DNA of 64,000 bases from assembly GCA_037190965.1 (NCBI GenBank), contig JBBCKI010000004.1:1-64000 (forward strand), read 5' to 3'. The DNA comes from Chthoniobacteraceae bacterium. GTDB lineage: Bacteria; Verrucomicrobiota; Verrucomicrobiia; Chthoniobacterales; Chthoniobacteraceae. Below the pieces are notes generated by a model. It saw only the letters and a program-made list of their open reading frames with translations, had not been told where the DNA came from and ran no database searches. The translations under genes were made by a program, and so were the position numbers. Shown in pieces: positions 17,420-25,639 of this stretch. How positions within the stretch are numbered: the stretch's first letter is position 1; every line of letters starts with the position of its first letter.

Positions 17420-17554
17420 AGGAGGACCGGAGTTCGTCACGTAGAGAGCGGGGATCTCAAGCCGACACTTTATACCTTGCTCAAGATGGCGGACGCCTTG
17501 AACCTGGATTTGGGCTTTCTGATTTGGGAGGCTCAAAATTGCCCCAAAAGATAG
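17420..17554 (+). pseudogene. Remnant of a Cro/XRE HTH gene (C-terminal half only)
   Basis: Manual translation RRTGVRHVESGDLKPTLYTLLKMADALNLDLGFLIWEAQNCPKR*. Preceded in frame by TGA 17417-17419, with no start ahead of the HTH helices. Confidence 0.6.
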
Positions 17555-17701
17555 AGCCGGTTGGAAAAATAGGCATGATCTTTGCCGCGTATATCAACCG
17601 ATTGCGCTTCTGCCTACATGGGAAGCTTTGAGATCTTCTACCGAGCTGTTAGCTCAAATCTGTCACTCACAACAAAAGGCAGCTTCTTCAAGACAGCGGC
17701 T

Positions 17702-18409
17702 CTACCGATGTCTCATCAAAGTATTCCAGATGGCCTTTGCTGATAACTGATGGCCTCGGAGGTCGGGGTGATTCAACCCGTTTGCGAGCCAACTGTTCAG
17801 ATCCACTCCATCTTTATCAAGGCGCTCCCACTCGGCATAGATATCGGCAAGGAGGACGCCTTCATAGGCGGCAACCTCCCGAAGCCGTTGGGCGTAAGCA
17901 GCCAGGGTGCCGCTGGTTTGCGTACGAATAATGAGATCAGCCACTTCGGCATGCTGCTGATGAATGCGAGCCGTTCTCGCCGTCGCCATGAACGGGGGAG
18001 TTAAAACGATGATCGTTGTATTCCCAAGCGCTTTCACACCGCCAATTACTTTACGAATCGCTTTATCAAACTCCGGCAACCCTTCTTCGCCGAGGGTAGA
18101 GTCATTCAGGCCAAAAGCGATCAACAGCAGGTCGGGATGATAGTTCAAAACATCCCTTTCCAAGCGATTGAGGCCCTGCGGCGCCGTGTCCCCGGAGATT
18201 CCCGAGTTGATGACATTGATCGTGGATGTCGGATAGAATGCTTCGAGATCTTTCTGAAGCAAGCGATGATAAGTTTCGTCCGGGTTCATTCGCCCGAGTT
18301 CCATTACTCCTTGAGTAACGCTGTCTCCAAAGGCCACGATCTGAATCGCCCTGCGCCCCGGATTCCTGTCGTTCAACCGCTGGAAAAAGTGATTTCTCCC
18401 TTCAGGCAT
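17702..18409 (-). CDS. SGNH/GDSL esterase
   Basis: AFGDSVT, NSGISG, FGLND, GLNHP. Confidence 0.88.
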   Translation of the reverse strand: MPEGRNHFFQRLNDRNPGRRAIQIVAFGDSVTQGVMELGRMNPDETYHRLLQKDLEAFYPTSTINVINSGISGDTAPQGLNRLERDVLNYHPDLLLIAFGLNDSTLGEEGLPEFDKAIRKVIGGVKALGNTTIIVLTPPFMATARTARIHQQHAEVADLIIRTQTSGTLAAYAQRLREVAAYEGVLLADIYAEWERLDKDGVDLNSWLANGLNHPDLRGHQLSAKAIWNTLMRHR

Positions 18410-19400
18410 GGCGACCTCCGAAGATCAATTCCCTCATCCAACGGTTTGAACAGGTAGCATCTCCAGATGCGATCAGGGTACGCATTTCCTGTTTCCTTTG
18501 ATCTGTCATCAGTCGCTCCACGCTCTGCAGGAACGCCACGCTCTCCCCAACAGCGGCGGCACCATCCTCGCGATAGGGATATTGATCCATCGAGTACCAG
18601 CCCGCGTAACCTGTCTCGGAGAGCCAGAAAAGAAGCTCAAAATATTCAACGGTGTGAAGGGAACCTACAATCATGTCATCATCCCAAGAGCGATAATTGT
18701 CATTGAAGTGCATATGGAAGAGACGATTCTCTTCCTGAAGAATCACCGCTGCTTCCGCAACGTTCTCACCGGCCATAAACGAGTGTCCGACATCAATGCA
18801 AACGCCCACATTGTCGCACTTCGTTGCAAGCGCCATCAAAAGGGTATCCGCTGCCCTCGCTTGGAAGGAATGCGTGCGAGGCTCCTTTGGCTTGTATTCG
18901 AGCGCGAACTTCAGCTCGGGGAACTCCTGTGCAATCTTCTGGATTCCTTCAACCATGTAGCCACGCTGACGGCGATAGTCAGCAGTCAGCGGATAGTCAT
19001 AGCCATCCTGTCCAAGCCAAAGATTAATGAGAGGACACCCGAGATAGCGGGCAATCCGAGCGGCTCTCCGGGTTTCCTCCAGAGCTTCATACCGAATGCC
19101 GGAATCCTTTGCACTAAAGCTTCCGTCCCTCCACCGCTTCTGGGAGAAGAGATCAGGGATGAGCGAGACGCACTCCAGCCGATTGTCCAAAAGCGCCTGC
19201 CGCATCTCCTGTTGGTTTTCTTCAGTGATATCCCAAGTGCCCACCAGTTCCACTCCCGCCACTCCTGGGATAGCGGCGGCTTGGCGCAGAAGCTCCGGTT
19301 TCGGAAGATTCTCCTTGTAACCGGTTGGCAAAAACCGGTCACACGTATTGCCCAGGTTTCCTAGAATAACGGAGTAACGAAGCGAAGCGCGGTTGCTCAT
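18402..19400 (-). CDS. Xylose/rhamnose isomerase-like sugar isomerase (TIM barrel)
   Basis: WLGQDGYDYP, EYKPKEPR, DVGHS, HFNDN..WDDD, MDQYP metal-binding pattern. Confidence 0.85.
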   Translation of the reverse strand: MSNRASLRYSVILGNLGNTCDRFLPTGYKENLPKPELLRQAAAIPGVAGVELVGTWDITEENQQEMRQALLDNRLECVSLIPDLFSQKRWRDGSFSAKDSGIRYEALEETRRAARIARYLGCPLINLWLGQDGYDYPLTADYRRQRGYMVEGIQKIAQEFPELKFALEYKPKEPRTHSFQARAADTLLMALATKCDNVGVCIDVGHSFMAGENVAEAAVILQEENRLFHMHFNDNYRSWDDDMIVGSLHTVEYFELLFWLSETGYAGWYSMDQYPYREDGAAAVGESVAFLQSVERLMTDQRKQEMRTLIASGDATCSNRWMRELIFGGRHA

Positions 19401-19483
19401 AGGGCATGCATCCCAAATCTGACCATTTCAGTTCTCAGGAAGCGGAATTCAACTCCACCGCCCGTCTGTAAAGAATCGCTGAT

Positions 19484-20455
19484 CTACTTGGTGCCACTCT
19501 GGCTCCCAGCGCCGATTTTGCTGCCGAGCTTCGCAATCCCGAAGGATAGCAACGTGACCCCCGCAAGGCTGGCGATGGACGGTTCGGGAATGGCCGAGGC
19601 TTCCATTGTAAAGCCCTGCATTGCAAATCGCGCCCAGCCGTCGCCGTCGTAGGCACGGGACTCCAAACCGTAGGAATCAAAAAACATTCCCACCGCCTGG
19701 ATGTTGGAGAAGGTATGAGTCGCGTATCCCTCGTCAGGGGCGGCATTATAAGTACCGTCAGAGTAAGGGTCAAAACTGGCCCAGAGGGCACTGTTAGGAT
19801 TCGCCAGAGACATGGTGAACACGGTGTTGTAGGTGCCTACACCTTGGACACTGGAAACGTACCAAGTGTCGCCATCCTGAATCACCCAACGTACGTTGGG
19901 ACCAAAGTTCCCATCGGAAATCCCGGAAAACGAGAGCGAGGAGTTTTCGTCAAACGCGACCGTCGCGCTGTTCAAGTCGTTCAGGAAATCACTCTTCGAG
20001 AAATAAACCATTCCCCGAAGACGGGCCTGATATCTCGAGACTGCGATGTTGATCCGGTTCGACCAGATGGCGCGGCTATTCAGCGAACCTTCGAGCGGGG
20101 AGTCGATACCGGGATGCACACTGCCCGGGATGGTGACCGACGACGTAGCATCGGGGGTGCTGGCCATCCAGCCGCCCCAGAAGGTTGCGCTTTTTCCCTC
20201 CGGAGCGGTGTATCCCGATGTAGGGGTCAGGTTTCTGGGGCCATCGTTGAGGATGCTGGCGCTTGCGTAGATTCCGCTACCATAAGTGGTTGTAAAATCC
20301 TCGGCGGCCGCATTGCCGAAAGCTTGCCCCTCTCCATAGTCACCGCCCCAGTCTACGGCAACTGCGGCACCGGACTTCCCAGTCGTGAAAGATACCAGGG
20401 TCATGCACGACAAAACGCAAACCAATGCTCGCTTGTGAGATAGTAATCTATTCAT
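19484..20455 (-). CDS. Secreted PEP-CTERM protein of unknown function
   Basis: N-terminal signal peptide; C-terminal IPEPSIASLAGVTLLSFGIAK; aromatic/Gly-rich body. Confidence 0.8.
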   Translation of the reverse strand: MNRLLSHKRALVCVLSCMTLVSFTTGKSGAAVAVDWGGDYGEGQAFGNAAAEDFTTTYGSGIYASASILNDGPRNLTPTSGYTAPEGKSATFWGGWMASTPDATSSVTIPGSVHPGIDSPLEGSLNSRAIWSNRINIAVSRYQARLRGMVYFSKSDFLNDLNSATVAFDENSSLSFSGISDGNFGPNVRWVIQDGDTWYVSSVQGVGTYNTVFTMSLANPNSALWASFDPYSDGTYNAAPDEGYATHTFSNIQAVGMFFDSYGLESRAYDGDGWARFAMQGFTMEASAIPEPSIASLAGVTLLSFGIAKLGSKIGAGSQSGTK

Positions 20456-20536
20456 AATTTTAATTTATCTTAATCGCAGTTTCCCAAACAATTTAGCTCC
20501 GGCAGTTATAATCCCGTTCCATCGGAATAGCCCAAT

Positions 20537-22783
20537 CTATATATTCCCGCGTTCCAGTCTCGCGAGCAGACTCTCGCAGTTGAGAATCTTCTCGGCCAGG
20601 TCAAACCGGATAAATCCATAGTGATTGGTGGCCTCAAACCCAAGGCGCGAGTCGACGGCGGCGAGATCGAAGAGCTCCCGCGCCAGATTCATCTCGCTTC
20701 GTACGATTGCGGCCGCAGCGGCATGATCGGAACCGCGAGCACGGACGAAGCGAATCTGATTGATCGCGCTTTCGAAGAGGAGGAGCGCGGCTTTGCTATT
20801 GCGCCACTCGTCCTCAATCGCGCTGGAGGGATTGGCGTGGCGTAAGGTATCAAGGAGTTCGACTCCAGGTTTCCAGAGCTGCGCAAGTTTTTCAAACTGG
20901 CCCTGCAATGTTTCCACTGAATAGGGGCCTCGCCATTTCTCCAGATCGTCAAAGGGAAAAGTAACCATAGTGGCCCGGAATCCGGACGGCTCCAGATATA
21001 GCAGATTCGCCGGGCCTAGTGCCTGAGGGCCGTTGTAACAGACGGCGGCATCAAAGGGATACTCTTCAAAGGCATCACTAAAGTGGTTCCATGCCTTCAC
21101 GATTTCTTCAGATACGGCGACACCAAACCGGCGCCGTGCGACCGCGTGCATTGCCTCGTCGACGCTTTGTCCCGGATTGCAGACAAACTCTGCGACCAGT
21201 TCCAAGTTCGGAGAGGGCGATCCGCCGTTGGTCCACCCCAGCAGAAGGGCATCAATGCCCTCTGCGGCGACATTAAAAAGATGCTCACCGACTAGACGCA
21301 AAGCGGGGATATATGGAATGGTAGGGAGTTCCCATGTGCTAACGGCAGCAATCTTAGCCGCTGTTTTTAAGCCGCGCCGACGCGCCGACGCCCACTGCCT
21401 GCGACTCTTCTCGCTCGGCCCCACAGCGGAGATCGAGTATTCGTTAACCGTTCCCGAATAATCGCCTCGTGTGAACGGGAGGCCAAACTCGCTAACGCAC
21501 AGAACCGACGCACGCTCTGTAATTTCTTCAATGATCCCCGGAATCCATTGCTCCAGGGTAGTCCAGACGTAGGACAACAGCTTTCCATCGGAACCCGCCA
21601 GGCGCATTCCCTGTTCAAGCAGGGTGTAGACCTCTGCATGAACAGATTCCGCGCTGCGCTTTTGGCAACGAGGGCATGTATTCCCGTTGCGCCCCCTTGA
21701 ATAACAGTTCGTCAGATTTTCGCTGAAGGTAATGCTGAAGATCCCCCCAAGATCGGGGACATTTTCAAAGACATGACGGACAGAGTTAACGAGGAAGGCC
21801 TGCCCGGCAGGAGTGCTTGTGCAAAGCCCAACGACATCGGGCAAGTGATCCTTGCCCTCGGGGATCTCATCGATCCCGCGTAATTCAGGATATTTCTCAT
21901 AGAACGACCGCGACAGGGCTCGCGGCTCGTTCAGGTAAAGGAAAACGTCGATGCCGTACGCGCGACACCGCTTGACAAGCCTGCGCAAATTCGCCAATCG
22001 CTCCTCCCATCCGACGGAAAGCTCGGGCGCGAGATCCCAGGGGGCCAAAGTGTTGAGCAACCCTTGAAGCCAGACGGCATTGACGCCGCTGGCGGCAAGC
22101 TCCGCAAGATAGCCCTCGGGGATATCGTCGATCCCCTCCCCCCTCAAAGGATCGCCATACCGGAGAAAGTATGGATAGACCATGCGAATCTGAAACCCTC
22201 CAGACGCCGGTGCGATAGCCTCAACCTTGGTTTCCCTGAATCGGTCGATAAAGCCAAACAACGGCTCGCTCGGAAGATGAAGCGCATTGCCAAACTTCTC
22301 CTCCATGATCCGCGCGATCTCCCTGGCCCGGGCCTGGGTCGCCGCATTGGGAGTACAATAATGAACAGGCGGGCATTCGGGTTTATAGCCGCCCAGCTTG
22401 CTCCACATGAAATCGTCTTCATTCAAGTAGAACTGCATGGTCGGCACATCCCAGCCCAGAAGCTGGCAAAGTTGCGGATAGGAAAGCAAATGCCAATTGC
22501 GGTGAAGCACGGTCATATAGTTCCTCCTCAGTTCCCCTGGGGGAATAGTGCGTTGAGCAGGGAGGCCCATCGACACGGCAATCGCCGTAATCTGCTCCGG
22601 GGTGCCGTGCAAGACTTCCGCCAACCGGTTCACCGAGATGACGTCCCAGTTCCGCCAGATGATCGTGTGTAAAGTATCGGGGAAATGCGGCACCGCAACG
22701 GGTTGCGGTGCGCATCCCACCGGGAGCGAGCGATAACTTTCGTCCGTATTGATCATCTTCAGCTTTCTACCGGTTGCCGTCAC
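20537..22783 (-). CDS. Large hypothetical protein, putative glycoside-hydrolase-like TIM barrel (alternative start 22756)
   Basis: 748-aa ORF in operon; LAELAASGVNAVWL, YGIDVFLYLNEP, LCTS, CPRC; no signal peptide. Function is inferred from context only. Confidence 0.65.
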   Translation of the reverse strand: MTATGRKLKMINTDESYRSLPVGCAPQPVAVPHFPDTLHTIIWRNWDVISVNRLAEVLHGTPEQITAIAVSMGLPAQRTIPPGELRRNYMTVLHRNWHLLSYPQLCQLLGWDVPTMQFYLNEDDFMWSKLGGYKPECPPVHYCTPNAATQARAREIARIMEEKFGNALHLPSEPLFGFIDRFRETKVEAIAPASGGFQIRMVYPYFLRYGDPLRGEGIDDIPEGYLAELAASGVNAVWLQGLLNTLAPWDLAPELSVGWEERLANLRRLVKRCRAYGIDVFLYLNEPRALSRSFYEKYPELRGIDEIPEGKDHLPDVVGLCTSTPAGQAFLVNSVRHVFENVPDLGGIFSITFSENLTNCYSRGRNGNTCPRCQKRSAESVHAEVYTLLEQGMRLAGSDGKLLSYVWTTLEQWIPGIIEEITERASVLCVSEFGLPFTRGDYSGTVNEYSISAVGPSEKSRRQWASARRRGLKTAAKIAAVSTWELPTIPYIPALRLVGEHLFNVAAEGIDALLLGWTNGGSPSPNLELVAEFVCNPGQSVDEAMHAVARRRFGVAVSEEIVKAWNHFSDAFEEYPFDAAVCYNGPQALGPANLLYLEPSGFRATMVTFPFDDLEKWRGPYSVETLQGQFEKLAQLWKPGVELLDTLRHANPSSAIEDEWRNSKAALLLFESAINQIRFVRARGSDHAAAAAIVRSEMNLARELFDLAAVDSRLGFEATNHYGFIRFDLAEKILNCESLLARLERGNI

Positions 22784-22788
22784 CCCGT

Positions 22789-23985
22789 CTAATCAACCTT
22801 CAGGAGAACGCCTTCAATGTAGGTATTATTCGCGGTCCCGAGCTTGGCGTCGGCTCCATAATAGGTCAGATAGGCGTGATTCTCATCAATCACCACGAGG
22901 GAATGGGAGCCACCATTATTACCATCGGGAACGCCATTGGTCCGGGTATAGGGGGCGGTCCCGCCAAACTTGAAGTCGTATCCGTCGCGACTGGTGTAAT
23001 AGTAGGTTGTCCGGGAGGGCTTCGAATGCCGATTGCCACAGACCATCAGGTAGCGATCGTCCGCAAGCCGTACAATGGCAGGAAAAAGCCCGCCTATATT
23101 GGTCTCCTTCGGTTCGCTCCACGTGGCTCCATGATCAGTGGACTCCACTACCCAAAGGTTGTTCCCGTCGACCGGCCAGACTGCCTTCTGATTTCCCACG
23201 TCCAACGCTGTATCCTTCCTTTCGGAATCGATGCGGGCATAGGCAATCACCGTTCCATTCTTGTTCAGAAAATAGGCAGCCTCATTGAATCCGAGTGGAT
23301 TCTCCCGTCCTTCGACCGGGTCCTTAAAGGCAACCTCCATGCGCCCCCACGTCTTGCCCCCGTCCCGGCTTCTGAAAAAGCCGCTCCCATACTGAAATCC
23401 CTCTTCTCTCGGGGAAACACCAGGATACTGGAACCCGGGCATGATCAAGTCGCCATTGGCCAGCACCACCACCGTCCCCATGATTCCGGCGGAACACTTC
23501 TTCGGAAGCGGAAGCACGCCGTCATCCACAAAGGTCTTCCCGCCATCAGTGCTTCGCTCCAGCTTAAACTGGGTGGTGTGCCCCTTGAACACCGCATCCC
23601 AGGTGGGATCATCACTAAGATAGGTTTCCACCATTTTCGTCAGCAAGAGATCTCCATTCGGAAGGGAGGCAATAGCGATCGCCGTTCCGACATTGGGCAA
23701 ATCCGACTTCATGGTATGAAACGGCTTGGACCAAGTTTTCCCCAGATCCGTACTCCGCACCAGATACCCTGCGCTTCCGGGCTTTATGTCGACCCCGTCA
23801 ATAAAGGCGGCTATCAGTTCCTTCTCACCCACCCGCACAACTCCCATTGGGAGCATTGAGTTTGGGATAAAGGTATTAACAATGGCGGTACGCACTGCCC
23901 GAACCTTGGGTGCCTCCGACTCATTAGCTGTTCCTTGGGCGGCGAATGCAATCGCGGCCATCGTGGTGAGGATTAGTAGTTTCAT
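22789..23985 (-). CDS. Secreted BNR/Asp-box beta-propeller (sialidase-fold) protein
   Basis: Signal MKLLILTTMAAIAFAA; Asp boxes STDLGKTW, STDGGKTF, SRDGGKTW, STDHGATW, SRDGYDF. Confidence 0.85.
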   Translation of the reverse strand: MKLLILTTMAAIAFAAQGTANESEAPKVRAVRTAIVNTFIPNSMLPMGVVRVGEKELIAAFIDGVDIKPGSAGYLVRSTDLGKTWSKPFHTMKSDLPNVGTAIAIASLPNGDLLLTKMVETYLSDDPTWDAVFKGHTTQFKLERSTDGGKTFVDDGVLPLPKKCSAGIMGTVVVLANGDLIMPGFQYPGVSPREEGFQYGSGFFRSRDGGKTWGRMEVAFKDPVEGRENPLGFNEAAYFLNKNGTVIAYARIDSERKDTALDVGNQKAVWPVDGNNLWVVESTDHGATWSEPKETNIGGLFPAIVRLADDRYLMVCGNRHSKPSRTTYYYTSRDGYDFKFGGTAPYTRTNGVPDGNNGGSHSLVVIDENHAYLTYYGADAKLGTANNTYIEGVLLKVD

Positions 23986-24125
23986 GCGCAAAAGTTTTAC
24001 AGAAGAGAAAAGAAAGGGCAGCGGGAATCCGGCGCTGTTCTTGTTTGTCCAGCAGTTCGGAATGACTAAGGGGGGCTGACGGCTAAGGTATGTCCGATGC
24101 CATGGTTCTCAATTAATTTATACTG

Positions 24126-24140
24126 GTAATAATTTATGAC
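24126..24140. promoter_or_regulatory. Putative operator, imperfect palindrome GTAATAATTTATGAC (site 1)
   Basis: 12-bp identity with 33833-33844; lies in the divergent promoter region next to the GntR gene. Confidence 0.55.
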
Positions 24141-24299
24141 ATCAGACTTCCCGCCCGTTTCGGAGTTCCTGACAGAGGGAGGGGCCTTGACTCCAAAACC
24201 TTACCCGGATAAAATCGGTCAGTTTCAGTTGTGGAAGCCTCGCTTGTAGTGCGTGATCATCATTGCTCCGGTTGAGAGCGAAACCGACAAAGATAGCTT

Positions 24300-25472
24300 A
24301 TGAAAAGACGCACACCAAAGCCAAAGGCCTCGCCCTCACCGCGGGCGCAAGACAAGGAGCATCGGGCGTCTTCATCCCAGACGCTCATGCCAGCCCCCCC
24401 CGCCTTTCCAACGCCGGAACGTCGCTCTCTCATCGATCAGACGCTACAAGCCATTCGAAGCCGAATCGAGGCCAGGGTTTGGGATGACAAACTGCCGGGC
24501 GAACGATATTTTTGTGAGCTCCTTCAAGTGAGCCGGCCAACCGTCCGCTCGGCTCTGGCAATTCTCGAGAAAGAGGGAGTGATCTCCGTCGCCCGAGGAA
24601 CGAATCGGGCTCTTAATCACGTGGCACCGTCCTCCAAACGGCGCCTTGAAAGCGATCGTCACGTCATTGTTTTGAGCCCGGATTCCCGCCACCAAATGCA
24701 TCCGACGGCAATCTATCTTGTAGATGAGATTCATACCCATCTCGAAAAGGTAGGTTTCAGGCTCTCCGTCGAATCACCCGCCTGGCTCAGCTATCAGGAC
24801 CCCACGCCATACCTTGAGAAATACGTGGCCGAAAACCCTGCGGCTTGCTGGGCCCTGTTCTCAGTCTCGGAAGCGGTGCAGAGGTGGTTCTCGAAGAAGC
24901 GGGTGCCCGCATTAGTCTCGGGCTCATGTTATGAATTTGTCGCGCTCCCTAGTTTGGACTTCGACTATGTCCCCGTCACCAATCATGCCGTGGCTACGTT
25001 CCTGAACAAAGGCTGCAAAAGCATCTCGCTGCTTGTTGGAGGAAAACTTCGTCCGGGAGACATTGCCACGATGACGGCGTTTAATGAGGCTATGCTGCGC
25101 CACTCGGAGACCAGCTCCTCCATTATACGGGTGGCCGCAGAAAAGATCGCGTTCGAGCAACAACTCGACGCCACAATGCGCGCCTCCAGCGGAAAGCAGG
25201 GGCTCTTCGTGTTTGACGCCTTGGTTACGCTCCATACTGTCACCTATCTGCTCCAGAAGAACTGCCGAATCGGCACCGATTTCGCGATCATTTCACGCGA
25301 TGAAGACTTCTACCTCGATCATCTGGTCCCATCGCCAGCCCGTTACCGGATCGATAAGAAGAATTTCGCCAGCAAGTTCTGCAGAAAGCTCCTCCAACTT
25401 GCCCAAACGGGAAATCTGGGCACCAAGAACACACTCATCATTCCCGACTTTTACCCTGGAGAAACGCTCTGA
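24300..25472 (+). CDS. GntR winged-HTH regulator with LacI-type periplasmic-binding-fold effector domain
   Basis: LPGERYFCELLQVSRPTVRSALAILEKEG; C-terminal PSLDFDY, FAIISRD, PSPARY. Confidence 0.85.
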   Translation: MKRRTPKPKASPSPRAQDKEHRASSSQTLMPAPPAFPTPERRSLIDQTLQAIRSRIEARVWDDKLPGERYFCELLQVSRPTVRSALAILEKEGVISVARGTNRALNHVAPSSKRRLESDRHVIVLSPDSRHQMHPTAIYLVDEIHTHLEKVGFRLSVESPAWLSYQDPTPYLEKYVAENPAACWALFSVSEAVQRWFSKKRVPALVSGSCYEFVALPSLDFDYVPVTNHAVATFLNKGCKSISLLVGGKLRPGDIATMTAFNEAMLRHSETSSSIIRVAAEKIAFEQQLDATMRASSGKQGLFVFDALVTLHTVTYLLQKNCRIGTDFAIISRDEDFYLDHLVPSPARYRIDKKNFASKFCRKLLQLAQTGNLGTKNTLIIPDFYPGETL

Positions 25473-25475
25473 ATG

Positions 25476-25639
25476 CTAGTGTCCTGTCAGATAAATCCTT
25501 TAAACAAGTCCGAGGCGATTTTTCGAATCTCCAAGGCGCGAGCAAGGGCGATATCCAAAGATACCGGCCGCGCGAGCAACGCCGGAGATTCGGAAAAGCG
25601 CCCGGAATTATGACAAGGATTTGGCTGACAGGACACTAG
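25476..25639. mobile_element. 164-bp MITE with CTAG ends
   Basis: Perfect 15-bp TIR CTAGTGTCCTGTCAG 25476-25490/CTGACAGGACACTAG 25625-25639, extended by AAATCCTT/AAGGATTT; internal CGAATCTCC/GGAGATTCG stem; non-coding. Confidence 0.8.
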
